Assembly (NCBI GenBank): GCA_043228905.1
Contig: JBHGNT010000005.1
Span: 19,902,001 to 19,966,000, forward strand
Source: Azolla caroliniana
Lineage: Eukaryota > Plantae > Polypodiophyta
Direction of reading: 5' to 3'
DNA: 64,000 bases
Shown: positions 1-11,407 of the stretch, piece by piece
Position numbering within the stretch: the stretch's first letter is position 1
Layout: every line of letters starts with the position of its first letter
The notes under the pieces: generated by a model
Database searches by the model: none
Told to the model about the DNA's origin: nothing
The model's input: only the letters and a program-made list of their open reading frames with translations
Translations under genes and position numbers: made by a program

Positions 1-19
1 AAGAGAAGGGGAAGAAGAA

Positions 20-1775
20 ATGCCGGAATTCGAAAGCGGCAACGATGAGTTGGATTGGTGTGCACCCGACTTTGGCAAGGAGAAAGGCGAATCTTCGGCA
101 ACGAAGACCGAACCAGCCAAGAAGGGCCTCAAACTGGGTAACGGTAAGTTACGCCAGTCCACCCGCCAGAAGGATCCCGTCAAATGGTACGGGTACAATG
201 AGTACATGGCGCATCACTATGTGTACATGACTAAGGTGGCGGAAGTGCGTGAGCCGGAGAGCTACATAGAAGAGGCAAAGGACGCTAATTGGCGTGCCGC
301 TATGGAGGAAGAAATGCGGGCACTTGATGTCAACGAGACATGGGACCTAGTTGACCCTCCCCGTCACTGTAAACCGATCGGATGCAAGTGGGTGTACAAG
401 GTAAAGTACAATGCCGACAGTTCAGTTAACCGGTACAAGGCCCGGTTAGTGGCAAAGGGATTTGCGCAGACACACGGAATCGACTACGACGAGACCTTCG
501 CTCCGGTAGCGAAGATGACGACGGTTCGTGTGGTGTTGGCGGTTGCTGCAATAAGGGGGTGGCATCTTCACCAGATGGATGTGAAGAATGCGTTTCTTCA
601 AGGTGATCTTGAAGAAGAAGTCTTTATGACTCAACCCCCCGGTTTTCAATCGGAGATGAACAAGCCGGCGGTATGCCGGCTGAAGAAGTCGTTGTACGGC
701 CTGAAGTAAGCCCCTCGCGCTTGGAATGCGAAGATCACGCATCGGTTGCGTAAGATGGGGTTTGCAGCCTCCAAGTCCGACTCTTCTTTGTTCATCCGGC
801 AAGGCTTAGCCAGTCTGGTATGTATCCTGTTGTATGTTGATGATTTAGTCATCATCGGACCAGGTCTTCCAAAAGTCAACCACGTCAAGTCCCAGTTGTC
901 AGATGCATTTGAGATGAAGGACCTAGGGGACCTTCATTATTTTCTTGGGATTGAGGTGATCCGAACCTCTGATGGCATATTGCTCTCACAACGACATTAC
1001 GTCTTGAATATGTTGTACAAGTTCGGCATGACAGAATGCCGACTTGTCTCCACACCCTTGGACCGGAACTCGAAGCTTCGTCCCAACTCCGGACCGGCCT
1101 GCAATGAGCAACGGTTCCGACAAATTATCGGAAGCCTTATTTATTTGACTATCACGCGACCCGACATCAGCTATCCAGTCAGAATGATAAGTCAGTTCAT
1201 GCAGAAGCCGACCGTGGAGCACCTCCAGTGCGCGCAACGGATACTGCGTTATGTAGGCGGCACGAAGGACCGGGGCCTGTTATACCGGCGCGGTATACCC
1301 GAAGAGCTGGCCGGTTACACAGATGCCGATTGGGCCGGCGATGCATCAGATCGCCGATCAACCTCTGGTTACATGTTTTCCCTACGTAGCGCGGCCATTG
1401 CGTGGAGCAGCAAAAAGCAGCCAATAATTGCTCTGTCGAGCACTGAGGCTGAGTATCGGGGCGCTACCATTGCCACCTGCGATTGCTGCAAGACCTACAG
1501 ATCGAGGTACCAACCCTGATTCTGGTCTACTACGACAACATAAGCAGCATGCAACTCGCCAAGAACCCCGTATTCCATGCTCGCACAAAGCACATAGAAG
1601 TGCACTATCACTTTGTGCGTGAGCGTGTCCTGAGCGGTGAGGTCGAACTTCGGTATGTTCACACGGATCGGCAAGTTGCTGACATCTTCACCAAACCGCT
1701 CGGATCGGACAAGTTGCAGCACTCACCAAAATGCTTGGTGTTCAGCATCTCGACGTGCCACACTTGAGGGGGAGA
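20..1775 (+). pseudogene. copia pol (RT + RNase H), disrupted
   Basis: ORFs 20-709, 746-1519 and 1483-1767 are consecutive pieces of one RT-RNase H, broken by a stop at 707-709 and by frameshifts. Confidence 0.92.
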
Positions 1776-2386
1776 ACGGGCAAAGACACCGGAACGGGCA
1801 AAGGCAAAGAGACTGCTGATTGCGCCGGTGAGGGAAGAACTGACGAAGGGAGAGTCATGAAGAAGAAAGGAGCCGAGTCGACACGTCCGAACAAGTCGGA
1901 ACAAGTGGTAGCGGCAGAAGAGTCAAGAAGGACAGAGCCGACCGAAGGAAGAAGGCCAAGACCCAAACATGGTCCGATGTGGTGAAGGGCCTGGAACTAG
2001 AAGACGAATCGGGAGCAACCGATTCGGACAAGAGTTGGAACGAATCGGAGACAGTCGATTCGGTTCAATAGACAGATACGGAAGAACCGGATCAATTCAA
2101 CGCCAAGAGTATGAGAAGGCAGCGAAAGTCAACGCCAACACGAAGGGATCAGCGAACCAGAACGCGCCGAAGTCACAGCAGCAAGGGAGCTGAATTGGGC
2201 CTGTTGAACAGACAAGCCGACCGAGGAGATCGAGGTGCGCAGAACAAGAGGGGTCACGGCAAACAGAACCGGACCGGACGAGGAGCGCGAGCAAGGCAGA
2301 ACGACGCCAGGAGAAGTCGGTTGGAAGAACCGACTGCCACAGAGGCTGACACTAGGATCCAACCTCAAGTTGAGCTTGAGGGGGAG

Positions 2387-2786
2387 TGTTGAGCAACAAG
2401 CTCAACTGGAGCCGGATCGGCTGGATAAGCCTAAGCTGGCAAGTGAGACGGATCGGTAAGTCGGTGAGCAACCGAGCTGGCAAGCAATAGAGCCGGTTGG
2501 CCAGATCCAATCGGTAACCGGAAGCCTAGTATTAGTTTAGACTACTAGGCAGTTATAGTCTTGTAGTAAGTGTCAGATGCTCGTGTGAGCATTGAAGTAT
2601 GTGGTACTTTTGTCAGTCCCATGAGGACTTGTATAAATAGTGCTATTGAGCACAGTTGTATCTACAGAGTGTTTATATCGTTTTTGAATATAGCTTTTAC
2701 GTTCTGCTCTCTCTATCTCTCCCGTGTACTTTGTGTATTCTCTGCTTTTCTCTGTTTTCTAACGCTTCCGCAAGTAATCATTTACA
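2387..2786 (+). repeat. 3' LTR of copia copy 1 (~400 bp)
   Basis: Starts TGTTGAGC right after the PPT and ends ...CATTTACA; TATAAATA near 2632; homologous to the LTRs at 19960-20426 and 28817-29263. Confidence 0.88.
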
Positions 2787-3681
2787 TTTGAACAATGCAA
2801 AAAAAGCAATTACCCATTGCTAATCCACGACGCTTTAGAGTTAATCCCAAAGGCAATCCTCCAATCAAAACACTCCAAATGAAGCCCTTTGCTACAAGTG
2901 GCAATTTAGAATGCCAATTACGTTGTAAGATCTGCCACCACCCATGATCAGATTTGTGTATTCTCCTTTCTTCTTCAGCCTTAGATGATAACCATCCAAG
3001 AGACTCAACAGAGCAATGATCCAAAAGATTAGTCACTTGTAACAAAGACGTTTGACCCTTTAAACACCAATCAATCCACAGTTGTTTTCATATTTGTAAA
3101 GGTGAGGAACCTTACATCAATGGAATATTTTGTAGTTGTTGCTAAAAAATCCCATAATTAAGGAGAATGCGTAATAATTGTCATGCTTCAACAAACTCCA
3201 AAATTCTTTGAGATGAAGCCTCAACTATATCTTCCACCTCTTTCACCCCCAAACGAAACAAACAATTAAATTGATAGCGCAACCTCTCCTTTCCTGGCCA
3301 TCATAATAACCAAGAAGACACGAGCAACTCGTTTTGCAAAGAATTACAATGCTCTCTACTAGATGATGGTTTCCATACACATAACAAGAGTGCTTCTTGC
3401 CATGAGGTAACCAAGTGTTGAACACATGTAGAGCCTAGATTCCTAAGTGAAATACATCCATTTAGTAATTGCCACCATGAAGCCTTAATCGTTGTCCTCC
3501 CATGTGTTAAACCCTTGTTCTCAAAGAAATATTGAACAATAGATATCCATGGTTGTGATTTTGAACACATGTCTTGTAATAATGAAAATCTATGATCCAT
3601 CATATGCTTACATAAGTTCAATATTCTAGTTCCCCCCAAGCGCTTAGGGGTTGCTAGATGATTCCACGAAACACGAGTGAT
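2787..3681 (-). mobile_element. L1/Tx1-like LINE, ORF2 C-terminal part (post-RT / zf-RVT region), degenerate
   Basis: Minus strand reads ITRVSWNHLATPKRLGG and KGFIWSVLIGGLPLG...CFFC, typical of the plant LINE ORF2 C-terminus; joins in frame with the part at 11408 and beyond once the gypsy element is removed. Confidence 0.85.
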
Positions 3682-4124
3682 TGTTATTCCTTAGGGCCGG
3701 ACAATGGCCTAACACAGGGTGTCTACGGAAGCCACTTCACCAAAGGGGTGTTACGGCAAGATAACTTAAGACACAACGATTAATCAGACTTAATTGGCTA
3801 CTTAAACAATACGGCATTAACTTAATACACGTGTAAGATATAACAATTAATACATAACGGTAATCAATACGTGAAGATAAAACAAGAAGCTTATATTAAT
3901 TATCCATCAAAGTTCTACATTGTAACCAGGCCTTTATATAGGTCACCGGTGTTGAGTACAAAACAGTGCCAACCGGCACCTATTCGGAATCGGTCCGGAT
4001 CCGGATCGGCATACCGATTCTGGTCCGTCCGCTCACGTCCCACTATTCTACTTAATTAAAATAGATTCCGAATAACAATCCCTTTCACATTCTGGTATTT
4101 AACTCCTTTGCCGACCGGGTAACA
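3682..4124 (-). repeat. 3' LTR of gypsy element (443 bp, TGTTA...TAACA)
   Basis: Perfect 5-bp terminal inverted repeat; minus-strand TATA box CTATATAAA at 3933-3941. Confidence 0.92.
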
Positions 4125-4126
4125 CA

Positions 4127-4143
4127 TGGCACGCCCGTGGGAC
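4127..4143 (+). promoter_or_regulatory. PBS-like site TGGCACGCCCGTGGGAC (tRNA-Arg(UCU)-type) at the position where the PPT is expected
   Basis: 2 nt from the LTR edge; begins TGG and resembles the complement of the plant tRNA-Arg(UCU) 3' end as recalled, with a 1-nt gap; no purine tract on the coding strand here. Confidence 0.7.
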
Positions 4144-4242
4144 AGTACCTTGTACGTCGAATCCCACTATCCGGCCCTTAGCCTTCGTCCAAGATATCCA
4201 GAATACTCTGCTCTAGGGTATCCAATGGTTCTTCGGAAATCT

Positions 4243-7150
4243 ATTGTTGCTATTGTTGTTGTTGTGGTTGTTGTTGCTGTTGTGGCTGTTGCTGTTGTGG
4301 CTCCGGCTCCTCCGACTATTGCTCCTTAGATGGCGTCTATTCGGCTCCTTGTACCGGTGGTTGTGGCGGTGATTCCTTCGTTAGCTGCTCTGCCGGATTT
4401 GACTCCGGTTGACTCGCCCCGGCCTTGTCTCCGTCCGGTCCTTGCTCCGGCGATGGCTCCTCATCGCTGAGGTTGACGGTCGCCGCCTGCTTTGTGTCTT
4501 CTTTCCGTAGCCTGGTTTGCTCATAGCTTTCAAACTGGATTTCAGCATCCTGTCGATCATCGTCCAGTTGCCGAACCACTACTGACTGTTCCTCCTCCAG
4601 AGTTACAAAATCTTCGGCTAACTCATCTCTTATGGCGATGAAGTCCTCCTTTGTTAGTATGTAGCAATCGTCGCCATCCTTCTATCGGTTTTCCGCGTCC
4701 GCCCTTAGCAACTGGAGCTCGGCTGTGTGTTTTGCCCATTTGTCCCACCATTGTGCGGAGCTTTCGCCAATCAAGCGTTTTGTCTTGTTCCTCCATGCCT
4801 GGACAATGAACTGGATCCGCTCCAATCCCATCTTCGATTTGTCCTCCGCAGCTTGCCGTTCTTCCTTCAATTGCTTGATCACCACCACCGTGTCCGCCTC
4901 TTGCTCCCGGTAATGTGACAATTGGTGTTGCTAGGTGTTCTGCAACCTCTGCAATACCATTGGTGCTCTCTCCTTCTCTTCATAATGCTACTTATGGAGC
5001 TCCATACGTTCTTGCGCAGCTTCCTCCAGTAGCGTGGTTCTTTCAGCCCGTTCCTCCACTAGCGCCGTCTCCGCTCGATGCACCTCCTGCCGGAGCTCTG
5101 CCATCTTCTCCTATTGTTTCTTATGCTCCGTATCTAGGTGCTTGTAGTCCCGGTGTAGGTGCTCAAAATCATCGGTCTTCTGCTTCAGCTTTTGGTTGAG
5201 TTCTTCTTTAAGTCTTTCGATCTCTGTTTCCGCCATCCGTCGTAGCTTCTCCTTTTCTTGCAGCGCCTTCTCTTTCTCCTCCTTCAGCCGGTCATATGCC
5301 TGATGTCCTTTCCGCAGATTCTCTTCTACCTGGCGGAGGTTCTCAGCAGTCTTTCTTTGCTCTTCTTCTACTGCTTTCTTCAAGTCTCGCTCTCGGGTGC
5401 ATAATGCTTCTTGTGCGGCCAATTCATCTCTCAATTCAACAAGCTCTTTTGCTTGTGCCACCACTATCTCCAAGACTGTTATGTACAAGTGCCGGTATTT
5501 CTTTATTCTGTACATCTACCGGAGTCACCGGTGCTTGGATCGGTGGTCCGGTTAAGGCCATTTTGGCCAATTCTTCTGTGGCCAGGTCCAAGTCTTGTTC
5601 TAAGCTCCGGATCCTTGACCAGGCCGTCTCTAGTTCTCCGGTTGTGACGAGCAACCGGTCCATCTGCACTTTCTCTTCCGCCTCTATGTAGTGTACCACT
5701 CCGGCAATCTGTTCTCCAATCCACCAGAGCCATTGGTTGTCGGTGCCTTGTTGTTGCGTTTGCCCAGAGGGTTGGCTATTGGTGTCGATGGCCAGTGGTC
5801 GGTTTTGTCCGGTTGCGTTGAGCTGCAACTCTGTCTCTGGTTGGTGACCACTTTGTCGTTCTGGTTCCGGCTATGTTGGCCGCTCCGCCTTTGATTGCAG
5901 TTGCCCTGCCAGTGGGGTAGGCGATTGTACTTCCGGCGCTTGCATTTCGGGTCTTGCCGTATCCTAACCCGTCGGTAGAGTTTGTTGTGCAGGGAGCTCT
6001 GGGACCGGTTCTGTCCGAACCGGTTCCGGTTCCACCCTTGGTGCGAGGTAGAGGCGTTCTATCCTTCTTTGGGTCCGAACGCTCCCCAGCCTGTTCAGAG
6101 GTGCTTGCCTTCTGGCACCCCTGGAGGTGCTCTAACGGTTCCTCCTCCTGAGTCCCGATGTTGATTTTTGTTGCCAAGGGGTCCAACTCTTGTTGAACCA
6201 GTCGGTGAAGTCTGATCTTGATTGGCCGTGTTAGTGGCTCCTGTTGTGTTTCCGCCTGCCTCTTCCTATTGGCACGCTCCTTTGTCGCATGGTCCGTGTC
6301 GGCCGCCTTCCCTTTGGTTGCCTTAGAGGCCAACAACTGCTGCCGTTTCGAGGCTGTTTTTGGGGTGACTTCGGTTGTTCTTCCCCGCATTGTGGTTTTG
6401 ATGGGCTCGATAGGTGGCGCCAATAGGGTGAGCCATTGCGCCACTGTCATCCATATCTTCCAACCCTCCTTGCCTCTGATAGAGTCGATGGCCGCACAAA
6501 GGCCATCCGCAATCAGTACCGGCCAGTTCACATTCGCGCCTTCATATGTTGCTATGATTAAGTCGGCCGATTCTGAGACATGCACAGGGGTCGAGGATAT
6601 ACATGTCCAAATTCATGGAGCACATGGGAAATCTCTCGAAATAGGGGATCTTCGCCGCCCTGCTTCTGGTAAGCCTTGCTGGCCAGAGAGTATTCCCCAA
6701 AATATTTTCGAAGCTGCTCCGGGGTAGGGTTGTCGATAGTGAAGATGCCCCCCTCCGGAAGGCCAATCAAAGCATGGATGGCCTCCTCCGTGATCAGTTC
6801 TGTGTCGATCTCCTTTACTATCTTCTCCGCCTCCCGATGCGGTGGAGCCTCCATGACTATGAGGAAACCTTCTAACCCGTGTTGCCTTAACCACTTCTTG
6901 GCCGCTTCAGAGAGTGCTTGGCAGTCCATGGCTTCTTCGAGGTCGGTGAGCGCTGGTGAGGGGTGTGTTTAAGGGGGCTCTGTGTGCGTGGGCTCGCGTC
7001 TAATGATCTTCAATCGCTTGTGCTCGTTTGTGCTCCTCTGTTCGCGAAATGTGAAGGCTTCCACGCGGTGGAGTTTTCTTGCTGCATGTTGGCGCCTTTT
7101 TTCTGACTCGCGCGTGTGCACGTCGTGTACTAAAATAGAATGACATGCCA
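4243..7150 (-). pseudogene. degenerate extra ORF between integrase and 3' LTR (possible PMD-like N-terminus, long coiled coil, Gln-rich tail)
   Basis: Co-directional ORF fragments 6558-6929, 5776-6585, 5436-5828, 5111-5515, 4682-4921 and 4337-4579; E/K/R/Q heptad-rich segments; CAA/CAG-rich end near 4243-4300. Confidence 0.65.
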
Positions 7151-7256
7151 TGTGGCGATGGTTTAATATCCTATTAATAGCCCATTACGTACCTTTTCAA
7201 AGTGCCTGTTCACTCCTTGTTCTTGCATGTGTCCATTCACCCCTCGCCCTTGCATT

Positions 7257-7385
7257 ATTTTTTTTTATTTTTTTTTATTTTTTTTTTATTTTTTATTTTT
7301 TATTTTATTTTATTTTTATTTTATTTTATTTTATTTTATTTTATTTTATTTTATTTTTTTTTATTTTTTTTTTTATTTTATTTTT
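7257..7385. repeat. (TTTTA)n low-complexity tract between pol and the extra ORF
   Basis: Seen directly. Confidence 0.9.
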
Positions 7386-7599
7386 AAGATAAAAATGGTT
7401 TGGTTAATTCGTATCTGGTCCCATTGGACCCCTATCCAGATTGTGGGACTTGCCAGCCGCTGGACTGCTTGCCGTCGCGTCGTTCTTGTCATTTGTCGGC
7501 TCGTGCTCTCTCTTACCGGCTTCACGCTTGCCGATTGCTAAACGTGTTGTCGTCTCTTCCGACTTACAGGTGTCTGATTCTGTGTTGGCCTTTACTTGT

Positions 7600-10500
7600 T
7601 CAAATGGGTTTCTTGGCATGGGTCCATTGTATGGTTTGAGTCAGCACCCATTGACCCATTTACCCAGAACCTTGCCGACGAGTGTCCCTAACTGGTAGGA
7701 ACCATTGAACTCACGCGTAATCCAGTATGGTCCGGTCCACCGAAACCGTAGCTTCCCCGGCATCTTACCCATCCGGGTCTGGAATACTAGTACCGGCTTA
7801 CCGATTCCGAACATCTTTTCATTCCCTTTTCGGTGACGGTCATGAACGCTTTCCTTCGCCGCTGCTCAAGTTTTAGGTGCATGATGTTGGCTAGCCGGTG
7901 TTCTTCCAATTCACACAGCGCGGCTAACCGGATCACTTCCGATTCCTTCTCATTTAGGCGTTCCCGAATCTGTATTCCTAAACTCGGTACCTGGAACTCG
8001 ACCAACATCATTGCTTCCAATCCGAATGCTAGGCGAATCGATGTTGTGCGGATACTTGTCTTATATGTTGTTCGATAGGCGCAGAGTGCACTGTGTAGCT
8101 TTGTATCCCAATCCGTCTGGTTCTCATTGACGATTTTTCGAAGGATGTTCTGTAGTGTTTTATTTGTTGACTTGGCTAATCCGTTGGCTTGCGGATAATA
8201 GGGAGTGCTCCGTTTGTGCACCACCGCATAGAATGTCGTCAAACTTTCCACTACTTGCCCTAAAAAGTGCCCACCTTGGTCACTTATTAGCTCTATCGGA
8301 CATCCATACCGGCACCAGATGTTTTCATATAAAAATTTTGTCGTGGATGTCGCGGTGTTGTCGTGTAGTGCTTTGGCTTCCACCCATTTTGTGCAATAAT
8401 CCGTAGCGACAATCACGTACCGGTTGCCGGTTCTCATTGTCGGTGGTTTGAATGGACCGACAAAATCCAGCCCCCATTTTTGAAATGGTTCTAACGGTAG
8501 CACGGGCTGGTGAGGCATCCTGGCTTGTTCGGTTGGTTGGCCCATTCGCTGACATAGGTCGCATTCTTTAGCGTACCTGACTACATCCTTCAATCCTTTC
8601 ATGTTGTCCACCGGGCCAGCTTACCGGTGAGTGATGCTTTGGACACCAAGTAGAGGAGCGCCGAATGATCTACGTGAAAAGAAAATTTCCTTCCCAACAG
8701 ATAGTGTCTAAACTTGGTGACACTGTAGATCATACCCAAGGCCTCTCTTTCCGTTGTGGAATAATTACGTTCCGCTTGGGACAGCTTCCGGTTGGCATAA
8801 TACACTGGCCGGTACCATTTCGGTTTTGTAAGTTGCACAAGCGCGCTCCCGATTGCGATGTCGGATGCATCAACGAACACAAGGAACTCTTTAGACCAAT
8901 CCAGAGTTTGCACCACCGGCGCTTGTGACAACAGTACTTTTAGTGCCCGGTAAGCCTGGACTTCTGTGTCCGTCCATCAGAATGGTGTCCGATGTACCGC
9001 GGCATGCAATGGTGTAGCCAGGCCTGCTAGATACCGGAGCATTCGGCTATGCCACCGAATTTGTCCTAAGAACCGGCTTAGTGCCTTTGTCGTGGCTGGT
9101 GTTGGTGCCTCCAGGATTGCTTTTACTTTGTCCGGATCCACTGCGATGTCTTCCTTGCTCACTATGTGACCCAATAACGCTCCGCTGGTTACTCCGAACA
9201 TGCATTTTGTCGGGTTAAGGCTTAGCTGGTAAACCCTACATTTCTCCAAACATAGTCGGAGGTGTTGAAGGTGATCCCCTTCCCAGCTATAAACAACGAA
9301 GTCATCCAAGAACACCTGCATGAATGCCGGAATAAATTCTCTGAAAATCTCCATGATGATCCGCTGGAAGGTTGCCAGCGCCGTTTTCAGTCCGAACATC
9401 ATCACTACGGCAACAAAGACTCCCCATTCGGTGACAAAAGCGGTTTTCTCTTGGTCGGCAGGGTGCCTCTGGATCTGATTATAGCCGCTGAAACCGTCCA
9501 GAAAACTGTACACATCATGACCGGCGACCGCATCCAGGACTCCATCTGTGAATGGAAGTGGGAAGGCGTCTGTTACCGTAGCCGCATTCAATTTCCGGTA
9601 GTCGACGCACACTCTTATCTTACCGTTCTTTTTGGGTACTACGACTATCAGACTGAGCCATGTGGCTTTCTTTACCGGTCGGATGAAGCCCACTCTTAGC
9701 AACTTGTCGATTTCTTCTTTGACTTTTGTTGCGTAATTCGGGTTCATCCGGTAACGACGTTGCGCTACCGGTTTGGCGTCTTTACTCAGATGTATCTGGT
9801 GTTGATACAACTAAGGATCGAGTCCCCGCATGTCCTCGTAGGACCATGCAAACACATCACGAAATTCTTTTAGGAGTGTGATCATTGTCGTTTTGTTCCA
9901 GTTCCGGACCGTGGTTGAATCGGTACTTGCACTTTCGCTTTTCCACACTGAAACGTAATGATATTCTTCCTCTAGTTTTGCTTGATGTGTGTTGTTTTTA
10001 TTCAAGGGCGTCCCAACAATAGTGGGTAAGCTCCCTGAGCCTGTAGCTGGAGAACTACTACGGAAATGCGAAATGTGTGACCCCCGATGGTCACTTCCAG
10101 ATCACGTATTAATCCAGTCGGTCGGACTGAGCTTGTGTCCGCCATCCGAAGCCAAAACGGGCATGGTTCCCAGTCATGGATTCCTAGAGTGTTACACGTT
10201 CGGAGGTTGATCACGTTCACGCCGGATCTTCCATCGATAATCGTGCTGAGTAGCTCTTTTCCTTTCACGATGGCTATGATTGCCAGACTGCTCGTGTCTA
10301 CCACTGTCAGTCCTTCCTCCGGATTTGAAAAGAATGTCGGAGCCGGTGGTGTGTCGGCTGCCGTCCTTCCTGTCTTCAGTCCTTCCGTGAAGCGTGGTAC
10401 CAGTTGCAATAGCCGGCCTAACAGCAGCGTTATTTGGCATTCTTGCAACACCTGCCATGTTGGGTTTTCGAGCTGCCCCGGGCCGGTGAGCTCTTCGGCA

Positions 10501-10945
10501 TTCTCCTTTTGTTGTTCAAACTCTGCCGCATTCCGCTCGTTTGCCTTCTTCACCCATACGGTTGCCTGCTTCCGGATGGCTTCTTGAGTTTCCCACTCTG
10601 TGGCTTTGCCCTTTGATCTTGTAGTGACTTGTTGTATGTCTATGACTTCCGCGTCTACCATGTTCACCGTTGGTCACTTGTCGTAGCTCTTCGCCGGACA
10701 TTGATTACTATAGTGGCCTTCTTGCCGGAAATAATAGCAGTACGGCTTCTGGGTGTTGCTAGATTCGGCGTGTGTGCTTGGTGGAGGTCCTATGGTAAGT
10801 GCTTGGTTTTGGTTCGGTTGGCTGCTTGGAGCACCCTTTTCTGGTTCCCGTGGATAACCCCCCTTTTTGTTGAAATGACGTTTATTATTGAAATTCTTTT
10901 TGTTGTGGTAACCTTGTCGGGGCTGGTCGTCATACTTGCCGTAGT
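7600..10945 (-). pseudogene. gypsy gag C-terminus/protease/RT/RNase H/integrase, disrupted
   Basis: ORFs 10002-10667 (PR), 8977-9810 (RT), 8599-8931 (RH), 7787-8611 (INT), GPY/F-like motif near 7720-7760; stops, frameshifts and internal deletions. Confidence 0.92.
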
Positions 10946-10954
10946 CATCCCGTA

Positions 10955-10964
10955 GTGGTCGCCA
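10955..10964 (-). promoter_or_regulatory. primer binding site TGGCGACCAC (tRNA-Arg(UCG)-type), probably truncated by a gag deletion
   Basis: Minus strand reads LTR end ...GGAATAACA, spacer CAGTTTT, then TGGCGACCAC; gag C-terminal codons follow immediately. Confidence 0.65.
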
Positions 10965-10971
10965 AAAACTG

Positions 10972-11407
10972 TGTTATTCCTTAGGGCCGGACAATGGCCT
11001 AACACAAGGTGTCTACGGAAGACACTTCACCAAAGGGGTGTTACGGCGAGATAACTTAAGACACAATGATTAATCAGACTTAATTGGCTACTTAAACAAT
11101 ACGGCATTAACTTAATACACGCGTAAGATATAACAATTAATAAAGAACGGTAATCAATACGTGAAGATAAAACAAGAAGCTTATATTAATTATCCGTCAA
11201 AGTTCTACATTGTAACCGGGCCTTTATATAGGTCACCGGTGTTGAGTACAAAACGGTGCCAACCGGCACCTGTTCGGAATCGGTCCGGATTCGGATCGGC
11301 ATACCGATTCCGGTCCGTCCATTCACGTCCCACTATTCTACTTAATTAAAATAGATTCCAAATAACAATCCCTTTCACATTCTAGTCTTTAACTCCTTTG
11401 TCGGCCG
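10972..11407 (-). repeat. 5' LTR of gypsy element, outer 7 bp missing
   Basis: Aligns without gaps to 3682-4117; minus-strand TATA at 11223-11231. Confidence 0.92.

Larger units (their letters stand above)
1..2786 (+). mobile_element. Ty1/copia LTR retrotransposon, 3' part (copy 1; 5' end outside window), inserted in a LINE
   Basis: Copia RT motifs ([24 protein letters not shown]) and RNase H (YTDADWAGD, RTKHIEVHYHFVRE, ADIFTKPL); PPT GAGGGGGAG 2378-2386 directly followed by a TG...CA LTR. Confidence 0.95.
3682..11407 (-). mobile_element. Ty3/gypsy non-chromovirus (Athila/Tat-like) LTR retrotransposon with internal deletions and a large extra ORF
   Basis: Direct LTRs 3682-4124 and 10972-11407 (20 substitutions over ~436 bp by manual count). 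Minus-strand order: zinc knuckle, PR (IIDGRSGVN), RT (VCVDYRKLN, FLDGFSGYNQI, VFLDD), RH (FVDASD, YSTTEREAL), INT (WGLDFVGP, PQANGLA). Confidence 0.95.

Noticed and set aside
7150-7541. Phe/Ile/Tyr-rich ORFs resembling membrane proteins
   Set aside because: Artefacts of the (TTTTA)n tract.
446-10955. Numerous antisense ORFs over the retroelements (e.g. 446-802, 6218-6727, 9262-9699, 10087-10587)
   Set aside because: Shadows of GC-rich coding sequence on the other strand; no recognisable motifs.
3682-11407. Element oriented on the + strand with antisense pol
   Set aside because: The LTR TATA box, pol and extra ORF all point to the minus strand, and there is no + strand PPT before the right LTR.
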